A stretch of DNA of 25,320 nucleotides from a virus (Duplodnaviria; Caudoviricetes), in the IMG/VR virus record IMGVR_UViG_3300025635_000142, positions 1-25,320 of that record; one strand, written 5' to 3'. Positions within the stretch are counted from its first letter, which is position 1, and each line of letters begins with the position of its first letter. This document shows, piece by piece, positions 9,212 through 17,518 of the stretch. The notes under the pieces are model-generated. The model had not been told where the DNA came from. It searched no databases and was given only the letters and a program-made list of their open reading frames with translations. The position numbers and the translations under genes are program-made.

Positions 9212-10186
9212 TCAGATAACTCCTAGCGACTTGAGAAATTTACCCCAGTTGACAGGCGGGTAAACTGCGTTTCTGCAACGCTCTTTTCTTTGCGAAAACT
9301 CGCACTTATCGTAATACGCAAATCGCATGGCGTCGGCCACCTCGTGCTTATCTAACACAAACTTCCCCCCTGTAAACTTTGCAAACACTGGATACCCAAT
9401 TTGGTCCCAAACGCGCTCCCGAAGCGCAAATTGGTTGCCCATTGGAACAGCCCCGCACTTGACGGCACAATCCATAGTGAGATCAATCCCTTGAAATTCA
9501 TGGGTTGAAACAAAGCAATCGAGCGACTGAAACCATTCCATCAATTGCCAGTTTTGGGTGCTTGAATGCGTGAACTCTATGCGCTCATCATGATGCTTTG
9601 ATTTGTGCGAATCTGGATGTGTAAGTATTCTAATCCGCATTCCGCGCATACCACTGAACGCCCACTCAAAAGCCTCAAGAACCGTGTCGATATGGCCTTT
9701 GCAAATCGAGAACGGAGTCCAGTCTACAACGCCAAACGTAAACAAATCCTCTTTTAGCGACGAATCTTCACTCCAAATCTCCTGCGTTCCTAGAGGATCT
9801 AGAAGTGTGCTGATCGCGCTCACTCCCCAGAATCGAATCGCCTCCTCGGAAAACTTGTTAAAGACAATCACAGCTTTGTACATCTTTAGAATGTCCACTG
9901 CTGCGAGGTTTAAATTCGCATTGTCAACCGTTGTTACAAGCACAGAATTTGGCGACGGAATGTGCATCCAGTCAATCGGAGCAAAAACCACTTCTGGCCC
10001 AATCGGTTTTTCAGTAAACGAGTCCTTTATGATCTGCGGAAAAAGAAGCGTTTTTGAACGAAGCGTTTCGTTTTTTACAAGCGGAAGAAACCTTACATCT
10101 TCTCCTGTTCTCCTGAAATCAGAGAAACACGCTGTCGCCATCTTCCCAAACCCATCAAACGTGCAAGCTGGAGCCGTAATAGTCAT
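9212..10186 (-). CDS. divergent GT-B (GT4-like) glycosyltransferase
   Basis: DGFGK N-terminus, FTFG...KGHIDTVLEAF, LDCFVSTHEFQG (degenerate EGFG motif). Confidence 0.6.
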   Translation of the reverse strand: MTITAPACTFDGFGKMATACFSDFRRTGEDVRFLPLVKNETLRSKTLLFPQIIKDSFTEKPIGPEVVFAPIDWMHIPSPNSVLVTTVDNANLNLAAVDILKMYKAVIVFNKFSEEAIRFWGVSAISTLLDPLGTQEIWSEDSSLKEDLFTFGVVDWTPFSICKGHIDTVLEAFEWAFSGMRGMRIRILTHPDSHKSKHHDERIEFTHSSTQNWQLMEWFQSLDCFVSTHEFQGIDLTMDCAVKCGAVPMGNQFALRERVWDQIGYPVFAKFTGGKFVLDKHEVADAMRFAYYDKCEFSQRKERCRNAVYPPVNWGKFLKSLGVI

Positions 10187-10244
10187 CGCAGAGTGTTCAA
10201 ATGAGGGAAACAGAACAAACCCCGTTCGGAATCATCTTCCGACT

Positions 10245-10418
10245 CTATGCCTCTGCTTTGGTGGACTCAGTGGTGCGAAATTGCGTCTTGCCAGCTTCCA
10301 TGTACTTACGCATGGCTTCGCGGGCTTTTGCGAGATTGAGTCGAGCTTGCGCCGTCTTCTTTTCAGACTTCACGCTTCCCGCTTTTCTAGCTCGCTCAGT
10401 TCGTTGTTTTTCCAACAT
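10245..10418 (-). CDS. small basic protein (57 aa), not in ORF track
   Basis: MLEKQRTERARKAGSVKSEKKTAQARLNLAKAREAMRKYMEAGKTQFRTTESTKAEA. ATG is 6 nt after a promoter -10. Confidence 0.7.
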   Translation of the reverse strand: MLEKQRTERARKAGSVKSEKKTAQARLNLAKAREAMRKYMEAGKTQFRTTESTKAEA

Positions 10419-10453
10419 GGGCTTTGTGTAACTGGAGATTGCGTTCGTGTCAA
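10419..10453 (-). promoter_or_regulatory. putative leaderless promoter
   Basis: TTGACA-17 nt-TACACA-6 nt-ATG. Confidence 0.65.
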
Positions 10454-10470
10454 TAGCTAGTGTTTAACGA

Positions 10471-11880
10471 TCACTCTTCGATCTCCCGTGAAAGGTTCGC
10501 AAACTTGGTGTAGACCGGCATGAACATCAGCGGGATGTCCATTTCCTTTCCGCCGCCACGTTGCTTGCAAACCCGCAAGTTGATCTGCCTGTTGTCTGAC
10601 GGCCTAAGCTCATCCTGGTTTTGGTTCGGATTGTAAAGGATGCCAATGAAGTCGGCGTCCTGTTCGATCTGGCCAGACTCGCGAAGGTCCGACATCCGAG
10701 GCTTTCGTTTCGCTTCCTTCTCAACCTCGCGATTCAACTGGGAGAGCGCAATCACGGGGACGTTCAACTCTTTCGCCAACCTTTTCAAATCTCTACTAAT
10801 CCCATCGACTTCCTCGCGTCTCTGCCCACGATTGTCACCTTGGATCAATTGGAGGTAGTCCACGATGAACAGTCCAGCATTGTTCCTTCGGTAGTAGTGC
10901 CGAGCCTTCGCCATCATTGCAGCCATCGACATGCTGGATGTTGGGTCGATAATCATGTGCTTGTTCAGGGCGGACAGGCCCGTGACGGCCTTGAACAGTT
11001 TCTTCATCTCACCCTCGGTCATTCCCGGCCCAATAGTTCGCAAGTTCACCTCGCTGGCACCAGCAACCATTCGTTCACCAATGGCAATCTCGCTCATCTC
11101 CAACGAGAAGATGACCACCGACTTGTCCACCTTCTGCTCGATCCACGCTCTGGCGATGTTCTCCCCAATGTTCACGGATAGCGCCGTTTTGCCGCAAGAG
11201 GGCCTTCCTGCGATTATCCAGAGCTGTTGGGCATCCAGACCGTCCGTGGCTGTGTCGATGTCGTGGAAGCCTGTTTTTATGCCAACACGACGCCCCTGGA
11301 AGCGCATGTCCATTCGGTTTGCGACCTCCTTGGCGATTCCTTTCATGTCCAGCAAGGCGCGTGTGACGCAATCAGAGCCGATTCCCATGATCTCTTTTTC
11401 GAGGTGGGCGACGGTTTCGTTTGCGGGCTTCTCACCAGCCTTCAGTTCTCGAACCGTTTTCTCGCAGCATTCGATGACTCGACGCGCAATCCACTTTTCG
11501 CGGAGGACTGTTAGGTAGCTGGTGAAGTTTGCCGCGCTTGGAACGATTCCTGACAGACTGGACAGGTACACGATGCCGCCAGCAACATCCATTGAGGACG
11601 ACTTGTGAAGCGATGCCGCTACGGTAATCACGTCGATTGCGCTTCCAGATGTGTAGCAGTCGAGGATGGCCAGGAAGATCGCCCGATGCCTTTGGTCGTG
11701 GAAATGGTTGATTCCAATCCCGGTCTGCATGATTTCGTCAGCGCATTCTTTCGCGTCCAGCAGCATGCATCCAAGGATTCCCTGCTCAGATTCAGCCGAG
11801 TAGGTTGGCAAATCCTTCAGCTCTGGTGCTGATTCCAGAACTGGAGGCGTTTCGGATAGGAGTTCAAATGGGTCGCTCAT
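10471..11880 (-). CDS. dnaB: replicative DNA helicase DnaB
   Basis: SEQGILG, Walker A GRPSCGKT, FSLEMS, IVDYLQL, LSQLNR, DLRESGQIEQDAD. Confidence 0.97.
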   Translation of the reverse strand: MSDPFELLSETPPVLESAPELKDLPTYSAESEQGILGCMLLDAKECADEIMQTGIGINHFHDQRHRAIFLAILDCYTSGSAIDVITVAASLHKSSSMDVAGGIVYLSSLSGIVPSAANFTSYLTVLREKWIARRVIECCEKTVRELKAGEKPANETVAHLEKEIMGIGSDCVTRALLDMKGIAKEVANRMDMRFQGRRVGIKTGFHDIDTATDGLDAQQLWIIAGRPSCGKTALSVNIGENIARAWIEQKVDKSVVIFSLEMSEIAIGERMVAGASEVNLRTIGPGMTEGEMKKLFKAVTGLSALNKHMIIDPTSSMSMAAMMAKARHYYRRNNAGLFIVDYLQLIQGDNRGQRREEVDGISRDLKRLAKELNVPVIALSQLNREVEKEAKRKPRMSDLRESGQIEQDADFIGILYNPNQNQDELRPSDNRQINLRVCKQRGGGKEMDIPLMFMPVYTKFANLSREIEE

Positions 11881-12779
11881 TTGCGCGTGGAAGCCATTTT
11901 CGATTCAACTTCAGAAAGTCGCTTGCGAAGCTCGCGAAGGTCGTCAAGCTGCTCTTTGGTGGGATTGTCGCTGGCTCCGATGTATTCCCGGTTGGCGACG
12001 TGTTCTTGGATGGCTGTTCGTAACGCGAACGCTTTTTGGGTCAACTGGTGAAACGATTCGGGAGCGGCCCTCTTAATCCATGTGGATTCGTCATCGTCAT
12101 AACGACCAGCATTGAACCATGAAGCTGGGTGAGGAACAAACACCAACTGATCCTCTGGCCATTCACGAACGCATGCGGCATATCGCGACACCCTTTCGAG
12201 CAAGTAATCGAACGAGTGGTCTTTCATGGCTTTTAAGATCGCCTTTAGCGCGTTGTTCTTCCCAACTTTTCTCGGGTAGCTCTTGTAGAGAGCTAACGCC
12301 AATGACTCCTTGCTGTTTGGATCTTCTGACGGTTTGTTTTTTCTCTCAGCCGAAGGCGGGGATAGATAAGTCTCTTCGTTAGTCTCTTTACTTACTGTAG
12401 TATGGCGCATTCCGCCATCACTGCTTGGCGCATTCCGACTTTCTAGTATGGCGCATTCCGCCATACTGTGGCTTGGGTTCAAAGCTGACAGCAAAAGCTC
12501 AAGATCCACTCGAAAATGAAGCTTTCCGGGGAGCCCTCGAACCTCTTCTTTCCAAAACGTAAATTGGCAAAGCGACCGCCTGGCAGTTTCCTGTTCCCGC
12601 CTGCTTAATCCGGTTTCAGATTCCCACTTATCTTGCGTCTGAAACCACCATTGGCCATCCTCGTTTTTTCGCTGCCAGTACACAGCCTGAGAAAGCATGA
12701 GTGCTGCGTTCACGCTTCCGGTCAGCGTTACGAAGCAGCGATGGAATGCGATTGGTCTGTCAAGTAATTGGGTGTTCAT
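11877..12779 (-). CDS. lambda O-like replication initiator
   Basis: DRPIAFHR..LTGSVNAALMLSQAVYW N-terminal wHTH, central iteron region, C-terminal YPRKVGK...PHPASWFNAGRY, ATGA-coupled to dnaB. Confidence 0.85.
   Translation of the reverse strand: MNTQLLDRPIAFHRCFVTLTGSVNAALMLSQAVYWQRKNEDGQWWFQTQDKWESETGLSRREQETARRSLCQFTFWKEEVRGLPGKLHFRVDLELLLSALNPSHSMAECAILESRNAPSSDGGMRHTTVSKETNEETYLSPPSAERKNKPSEDPNSKESLALALYKSYPRKVGKNNALKAILKAMKDHSFDYLLERVSRYAACVREWPEDQLVFVPHPASWFNAGRYDDDESTWIKRAAPESFHQLTQKAFALRTAIQEHVANREYIGASDNPTKEQLDDLRELRKRLSEVESKMASTRK
12398..12467. repeat. iterons / replication origin within the initiator gene
   Basis: TGGCGCATTCCG at 12403, 12426 and 12449 (23-bp period). The third copy is part of the inverted repeat AGTATGGCG-N5-CGCCATACT. 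AT-rich tract at 12361-12400. Confidence 0.8.
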
Positions 12780-12805
12780 TTGTTCTTTCGATTGAAGCTG
12801 TAGAA

Positions 12806-12872
12806 GCTCTACCCCAAATTTTCCTCCCGTCAACCATTGACTTCCACTTTTGTTCCAACTACAAACGCGGCA
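12806..12872. promoter_or_regulatory. divergent promoter pair
   Basis: CGTCAA-CCA-TTGACT. Plus strand TTGACT-17-TACAAA-7-ATG(12873); minus strand TTGACG-16-TAGAGC toward the initiator gene. Confidence 0.65.
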
Positions 12873-13079
12873 ATGAAAATCAGGACTCACATCCATCCGG
12901 TTCAGCGCGTAGGTAAACTCCATGTGTACCCGTGGGGTGATCTACTTGTTGGCGACACGTTTATCTGGCCCAATGAAATCTCACGGGAGACGGTTCGCAA
13001 GCTGGTTGTTAACGCTAACAAGCGCATGAAGCCGACCAAGTTCGCAAGCTCTTGGCAATTCTGCATCCGCGTCAAATGA
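12873..13079 (+). CDS. small phage protein, YPW..L.VGD.F family (putative DNA-binding)
   Basis: YPWGDLLVGDTF...IRVK motif. ATG 7 nt after the -10. Confidence 0.7.
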   Translation: MKIRTHIHPVQRVGKLHVYPWGDLLVGDTFIWPNEISRETVRKLVVNANKRMKPTKFASSWQFCIRVK

Positions 13080-13300
13080 AAGTCAAAGGCACCCTTAAGC
13101 ACGATTACTGCACGGACACTGTTTTCCAAATCATCCGTCGCGCAACTGAACCTGGAAGCGACATTACTCGCGAAGACTTGCTGTTTATTTTGGAGAACGC
13201 CAACTGTGTCGTGTTGAACTTGCAAATGAACATTCAAGCTGCAACTGAACAAACCAGAAACGCCATAGATCGACTGAATGGAATTTACCACCATGAGTGA
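13076..13300 (+). CDS. hypothetical protein
   Basis: ATGA-coupled ORF MKVKGTLKH. Confidence 0.6.
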   Translation: MKVKGTLKHDYCTDTVFQIIRRATEPGSDITREDLLFILENANCVVLNLQMNIQAATEQTRNAIDRLNGIYHHE

Positions 13301-13484
13301 CCTTAAATACTGCGTCACAACAATCCATAAACTGCTGACCGAGCCAAGGGATGTTGAATTTACACCAGCCGAATTTCGCGCCATTGCACTTCGCGCCAAC
13401 CAAGAAGTCGCCCGCCTTCAAGATCGAATCCGCATGCTTTCAACTAACCTGCAAATCATCACGAATCAACTGAATGAAAACTGA
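13293..13484 (+). CDS. hypothetical protein
   Basis: Overlapping ORF MSDLKYC with a coiled-coil end. Confidence 0.55.
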   Translation: MSDLKYCVTTIHKLLTEPRDVEFTPAEFRAIALRANQEVARLQDRIRMLSTNLQIITNQLNEN

Positions 13485-13923
13485 GTACGAAATGGTCAAG
13501 GAGTTCATGCAAACCTTTGGGCAGGAGTGTCCGAGTGAGTTTGTTTTTCTCAGCAACAAGAAGCGTGAATTTCGGCACGAACTAACTTACGAGGAGAATC
13601 AAGAACTCAGGGACGCTAAAGACAAAGTAGCATACCTGGATGCTGTCTGCGACAAGCTGTACGTCACGTTTGGCGATGCTGTTGCGGCTGGAATTGACGC
13701 GCATACGCTTCTGGCGGCGTTTGCTGAAGTTCACCGCAGCAACATGAGCAAGTTGTGGAAACGCTCTGAGGTTGACGCAATTACGCACTCACAACACGAC
13801 ATCCAAGCTATTTGTAACTTCAACAAGCGCGAGATTGTTGGCTATCTGGTTAAGCGAAAAGACGGCAAAGTCCTGAAATCGCCCTCTTACTCACCGGCTC
13901 AACTGGAGCAGTTTTGCTCATAA
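13474..13923 (+). CDS. MazG-like/PRA-PH NTP pyrophosphohydrolase
   Basis: VKEFMQTFGQ, EENQEL, LDAVCDKLYVTFG, EVHRSNMSK, DGKVLKSPSYSP. Confidence 0.88.
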   Translation: MKTEYEMVKEFMQTFGQECPSEFVFLSNKKREFRHELTYEENQELRDAKDKVAYLDAVCDKLYVTFGDAVAAGIDAHTLLAAFAEVHRSNMSKLWKRSEVDAITHSQHDIQAICNFNKREIVGYLVKRKDGKVLKSPSYSPAQLEQFCS

Positions 13924-13936
13924 CGTATCCTAACAC

Positions 13937-13966
13937 AAAAAAGGCCACCCGTAAAAAGGTGGCCTT
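13937..13966 (-). terminator. Rho-independent terminator between convergent genes
   Basis: AAGGCCACC-8 nt-GGTGGCCTT stem with a T-run on the minus strand. Confidence 0.8.
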
Positions 13967-13983
13967 CGTGCTTTACGGACCTA

Positions 13984-14235
13984 TTAAGGCCAGTCGTTGT
14001 AGACCACTGTTCCGTTTCCTTTGGAGTCCGTGATCTCGTAGGCGCTCACGCGAGGCAGCTCAGAGACAACCTTGGCCAGCTTGTTGAACTGGCTCCTGGC
14101 GTTGTTGCGGACTGCGGTTTGAATGTCGGCGTTGTCGTACTTCTCTTTCACTTCGGGCTCTGTACGCCAAACACGGACGGTGATTGACCCAACTTCTACG
14201 CGGGTCATTGATTCGATTGCGGATGGTTTTTTCAT
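13984..14235 (-). CDS. hypothetical protein
   Basis: 83 aa, ATGA-coupled, ends before the terminator. Confidence 0.65.
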   Translation of the reverse strand: MKKPSAIESMTRVEVGSITVRVWRTEPEVKEKYDNADIQTAVRNNARSQFNKLAKVVSELPRVSAYEITDSKGNGTVVYNDWP

Positions 14236-14612
14236 CGGAGTGCGGATTTTGGAATGGGGTGTGTATCGGGTAGCGGCTTCATAAGTTCCTTTTCAGGCTG
14301 ATAATCAACGAAACACTTACGGAATTGATCTGGCGTCAGCTTGACATCGCCAACGCCTTTGACGAAAACAGTGTCGCCAGTAACTGCATGTGTTGCGTCA
14401 GCGATCCCGTATTGCTTTGTGATTGTCGGCTCGCTTCGGTTAAGAAGCGTGGTTCCACCAAAGCTTTGGTTCTGGACGGGCTCTTGGTTTGCTGAGCAAT
14501 TCCGGATCGGTTGAATCGTATGCGTAGCGTGTATGCGTAACGCCTCTGCTTCCTCACTCGTCAGCTCAAACGTCTGACCTCGAATTGTTAATGTGTACTT
14601 GGCGGTAATCAT
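14232..14612 (-). CDS. hypothetical protein
   Basis: 126 aa, ATGA-coupled. Confidence 0.6.
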   Translation of the reverse strand: MITAKYTLTIRGQTFELTSEEAEALRIHATHTIQPIRNCSANQEPVQNQSFGGTTLLNRSEPTITKQYGIADATHAVTGDTVFVKGVGDVKLTPDQFRKCFVDYQPEKELMKPLPDTHPIPKSALR

Positions 14613-14836
14613 AACTGCCTCTCCTTGATCGGTTTCGGATGTGGAATGTTGAGCATTTCGTTACCCATGACGCGGATCTCCGATGAATCAACGTGGATAA
14701 CTTCTCCAGTGTCGAACAGCGCCACAACCCAGACTGAGTTGTGGTTGATGTCGTAGTCGAACAGGAAATGGGTGAAGCCCTCGCCTTTGGGTGTATTGAC
14801 CCAAATTGGCGGAGAGCATTGGTGGATGGATGTCAT
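14609..14836 (-). CDS. conserved small phage protein (TPKGEG..H..DY family)
   Basis: PPIWVNTPKGEGFTHFLFDY...WVVAL.DTGE motif. Confidence 0.7.
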   Translation of the reverse strand: MTSIHQCSPPIWVNTPKGEGFTHFLFDYDINHNSVWVVALFDTGEVIHVDSSEIRVMGNEMLNIPHPKPIKERQL

Positions 14837-15183
14837 TCGAGAATGGGGCTGCGAAACTCCTTGCGGTCAACGTTTCCAGCGTTTGTGACGAGGAGTTTTT
14901 GAGACATTTTCTGCTTCAGATCTTCAACAGCCGTTTCTGGCGTTTCTCCATTTCCAAAGCAAGACGACAAGATGGGTCCATCTTTAATTTCGCAATGTGG
15001 ATCTGCGACGGCGTAGTACCGCTCGATATGATACCCTTTGAGCGCATTGCCTTTGGATGTGTAGTATTGCCGCTCATGCACCGCGACATTAAGCTCGTGC
15101 TCATCCATGAACTCTTCAAACTTGCGGCGCGCCAAATTGTTAATCGTGATTTTCATGTTCAATTTTCCGACTGTAAACTTCAA
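14833..15183 (-). CDS. hypothetical protein
   Basis: 116 aa, contains FGNGETPETAVEDL. Confidence 0.6.
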   Translation of the reverse strand: MKFTVGKLNMKITINNLARRKFEEFMDEHELNVAVHERQYYTSKGNALKGYHIERYYAVADPHCEIKDGPILSSCFGNGETPETAVEDLKQKMSQKLLVTNAGNVDRKEFRSPILE

Positions 15184-15272
15184 CCAGGCTCATCCCGAGT
15201 ATCGAAACCGCAAACCGGGACGGTGCAAAACGCGCCATTCTTGATTCCGGCGATGATCCAGTACGTGTTCAC
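15180..15272 (-). CDS. 30-aa leader ORF (MNTYWIIAGIKNGAFCTVPVCGFDTRDEPG)
   Basis: GTG 6 nt after a -10. Stop overlaps the TTG start of the next gene. Confidence 0.4.
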   Translation of the reverse strand: MNTYWIIAGIKNGAFCTVPVCGFDTRDEPG

Positions 15273-15344
15273 TTGTTTGAACTAACAACAAAAAATCCCA
15301 GTGTCAAATCTTGACATGGTGAAACTTGTTGCTACTAACAACGC
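15273..15344. promoter_or_regulatory. divergent promoter pair
   Basis: TGTCAA-ATC-TTGACA. Plus strand TTGACA-16-TACTAA-6-ATG(15345); minus strand TTGACA-17-TAGTTC-6-GTG(15272). Confidence 0.72.
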
Positions 15345-15563
15345 ATGTCGAATCCACTCGATACTCAGGTTGGCGGGAGTCATTACAAGAGCATGCCAAT
15401 TCAACCTATCGAGTTCTGCTTCAGGAATCGCATACCATACCTTGAGGGAGCTGCCATCAAGTACATCTGCCGACACCGTGAGAAGGGTGGAAAGCAAGAC
15501 TTAGACAAGGCGATCCACTATTTGGAGATACTGAAATCGTTGGAATATCCGGAGGCGAAATGA
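15345..15563 (+). CDS. DUF3310 (T7 gp1.7-like nucleotide kinase) protein
   Basis: QVGGSHYK..IQPIEF...EGAAIKY.CR...KGG..DL.KAIHYLE. Confidence 0.88.
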   Translation: MSNPLDTQVGGSHYKSMPIQPIEFCFRNRIPYLEGAAIKYICRHREKGGKQDLDKAIHYLEILKSLEYPEAK

Positions 15564-16321
15564 GAACAACGCAATACGATAACTGGTGGCACGCCGCTGC
15601 ATCCACGCGACGCGCCCGAGTTGAATGGGTTGTCAGTCTTAAGCGAAACTTCAGCATCAACTTTGAGGTCGGCGGCGGAGAAGGTGGGGACGCTCTCTGT
15701 TTTCAAATCGGAATCCCATTTGTTGCGACCGTGTACGTTACTATTGATGGCGTGTTTGCAGCGCCTACCAAAAACCGAGAGTTCCGATTGGCTTACCATG
15801 ACAATGCTATTTATCTGAAGCCGTGGGGACACGCGCACGAATGGAACTCCAAAGATCCTTGGTGGATGAGGGGGCTGTCAGTAGATATGCCGTGGCAACC
15901 AGACCATCAGTACATGCAAGTTTTGGACGAGAACAGGAATGTTGTGTACACAAGACGCGATAGGAATTTCTGGCAGCGTTTGTTTAACATTGGTGAAAAG
16001 CGTAGCTGGTTGGCCGACATTCACGAGTGCGACAAGGCTGCCGAGTCGGTGAGTAAATCGTTTCCGTTTACGCATGTCACAAAACATGGTGATGTCCAAA
16101 ACCGAACAGTCACTTGCCATATCGAGCGGAGAGTGTGGGGTTGGCGGTGGCTTCCGTTCATACAGCGATCCAGCACGTACATGGATTACAAGTTTGACAA
16201 GGGGACTGGCAAAGGGGTTGGGTCTTGGAAAGGTGGAACAATAGCATCTGCGATTGACATCAAAGACGGTGAATCAATGGCGGATTGCGTAAAGCGACTA
16301 GAAGTGGAGTTTGAGCGATGA
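15560..16321 (+). CDS. Trp-rich hypothetical phage protein
   Basis: 253 aa, ATGA-coupled, contains GKGVGSWKGGT. Confidence 0.7.
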   Translation: MRTTQYDNWWHAAASTRRARVEWVVSLKRNFSINFEVGGGEGGDALCFQIGIPFVATVYVTIDGVFAAPTKNREFRLAYHDNAIYLKPWGHAHEWNSKDPWWMRGLSVDMPWQPDHQYMQVLDENRNVVYTRRDRNFWQRLFNIGEKRSWLADIHECDKAAESVSKSFPFTHVTKHGDVQNRTVTCHIERRVWGWRWLPFIQRSSTYMDYKFDKGTGKGVGSWKGGTIASAIDIKDGESMADCVKRLEVEFER

Positions 16322-16590
16322 ACCCGCTCTGTAAAATCTGGGGCCACAAGTTTGACGACAAGGATATTTGGAATGGACCGTTCCATTGTTCTAGGTGCGA
16401 GCATGTTTTTGACCCGTACAACTATTACGGCGAGGAGCATTACGAAAGCGGGTCATTTGATCTTGGCGGCAAACTGTGGTTGCTGAAGAATCGCATCAGG
16501 AGCATCAACGTGAAGCGTTACTTCCAAAAGTGCCCAGATTGCGGAAAGCGGTTTAACAAGCATGACTGGGACATTTGTCCGCCCTTCTGA
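16318..16590 (+). CDS. small Cys/His-rich (zinc-binding) protein
   Basis: LCKIWGHKF..CSRC..CPDCGKR. Confidence 0.65.
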   Translation: MNPLCKIWGHKFDDKDIWNGPFHCSRCEHVFDPYNYYGEEHYESGSFDLGGKLWLLKNRIRSINVKRYFQKCPDCGKRFNKHDWDICPPF

Positions 16591-16592
16591 AA

Positions 16593-16787
16593 ATGAAACA
16601 CAAACCAATCACACTCGAACAAGCGTTGCTGTACGAAATTGCAACCATGCCGTCTTGGATGCTGCTTCTTTGCAATTTCCAGTGGTACAACACGCTTCTG
16701 GCCCGATACAACGTTTGGAAAACAAAGCGTAAATACGCGCTGTATTCCGTAAGCGTGGAGCGTAGAAAGAATCGGGGTGAGCTATGA
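16593..16787 (+). CDS. hypothetical protein
   Basis: Fills the operon gap, ATGA-coupled to the next gene. Confidence 0.5.
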   Translation: MKHKPITLEQALLYEIATMPSWMLLLCNFQWYNTLLARYNVWKTKRKYALYSVSVERRKNRGEL

Positions 16788-17044
16788 AACCAACCACATC
16801 CAAACTCTCTGACAAGCTCGCTGAAGAATGGTGCGTGAAGCTGCTGATTAATGGCAAGGAGCGCACTCGATTGCGGCATGGGTTGTCTGAGTTGATTCAC
16901 GACATTATATCAAAGCCGTGGTTAGGAAATGCATCAACAGGATTGTTGCTTGACGAAATTCGAGAGCGTGTCGATTGCGAATACACTACAGCTCAATTTG
17001 ACGAGCGACAGATTCCAAACTCACAACTCAAGATCCGACCATGA
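16784..17044 (+). CDS. hypothetical protein
   Basis: 86 aa, ATGA-coupled. Confidence 0.6.
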   Translation: MKPTTSKLSDKLAEEWCVKLLINGKERTRLRHGLSELIHDIISKPWLGNASTGLLLDEIRERVDCEYTTAQFDERQIPNSQLKIRP

Positions 17045-17244
17045 CCATCGACTTCGTATTCGCACTCGGCGAAACCGTCGAGATTCCAGCCATAAAAACG
17101 ACGGCTCTTATCGAAGGTGCTCGCGTGATGGGCAATGGCAAATACGATCCCACCTCGATCCGCAACGAATACTGCGTGGCGTTCTGGATGAATGGGGAAC
17201 GCAAGTCGCTTTGGATCATTGGAACGGAGTTGAATAAGGTATGA
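17041..17244 (+). CDS. small beta-rich (YodC/SH3-like) hypothetical protein
   Basis: FALGETV...YCVAFWMNGER..WI...EL pattern. Confidence 0.6.
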   Translation: MTIDFVFALGETVEIPAIKTTALIEGARVMGNGKYDPTSIRNEYCVAFWMNGERKSLWIIGTELNKV

Positions 17245-17471
17245 AACTCTTCCTAAACCGCTACAACCGAGCAAGACGCATCCAAAAGCGCGAGCTTGCC
17301 CGTGGAAACAATCTTATCAACAAGGTTGGCCCTGCTGACGTAACGATTGAAAAACTCCTTGGCGACGGCAATCCGCGCAACCTGGTGTATGTTAAACCTG
17401 AGTGGGTATCGACACCGGCAAAGCGGAGGAAGTTTAGGCGGGAACGGGCGGGGAGGAGATTGAAGCAATGA
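17241..17471 (+). CDS. basic hypothetical protein
   Basis: Arg/Lys-rich, ATGA-coupled. Confidence 0.55.
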   Translation: MKLFLNRYNRARRIQKRELARGNNLINKVGPADVTIEKLLGDGNPRNLVYVKPEWVSTPAKRRKFRRERAGRRLKQ

Positions 17472-17518
17472 AAATCCTAATCGGATGCGAGTGTAGCGGT
17501 GTTGTGCGTGATGTATGA
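17468..17518 (+). pseudogene. 16-codon remnant of a phage cytosine methyltransferase N-terminus
   Basis: MKILIGCECSGVVRDV* resembles the MKVLIACExSGxVRDAF start of a phage C5-MTase-like family. Confidence 0.6.

Noticed and set aside
9603-10460. Long plus-strand ORF (285 aa) and similar antisense ORFs over dnaB, the recombinase and the SSAP candidate
   Set aside because: They overlap motif-bearing minus-strand genes and lack recognisable features.
12780-12923. N-terminal extension of the initiator ORF to 12923, and ORF 12902..13399 (-)
   Set aside because: They overlap the divergent promoters and coupled plus-strand genes; family-like sequence begins at MNTQLLDRPIAF.
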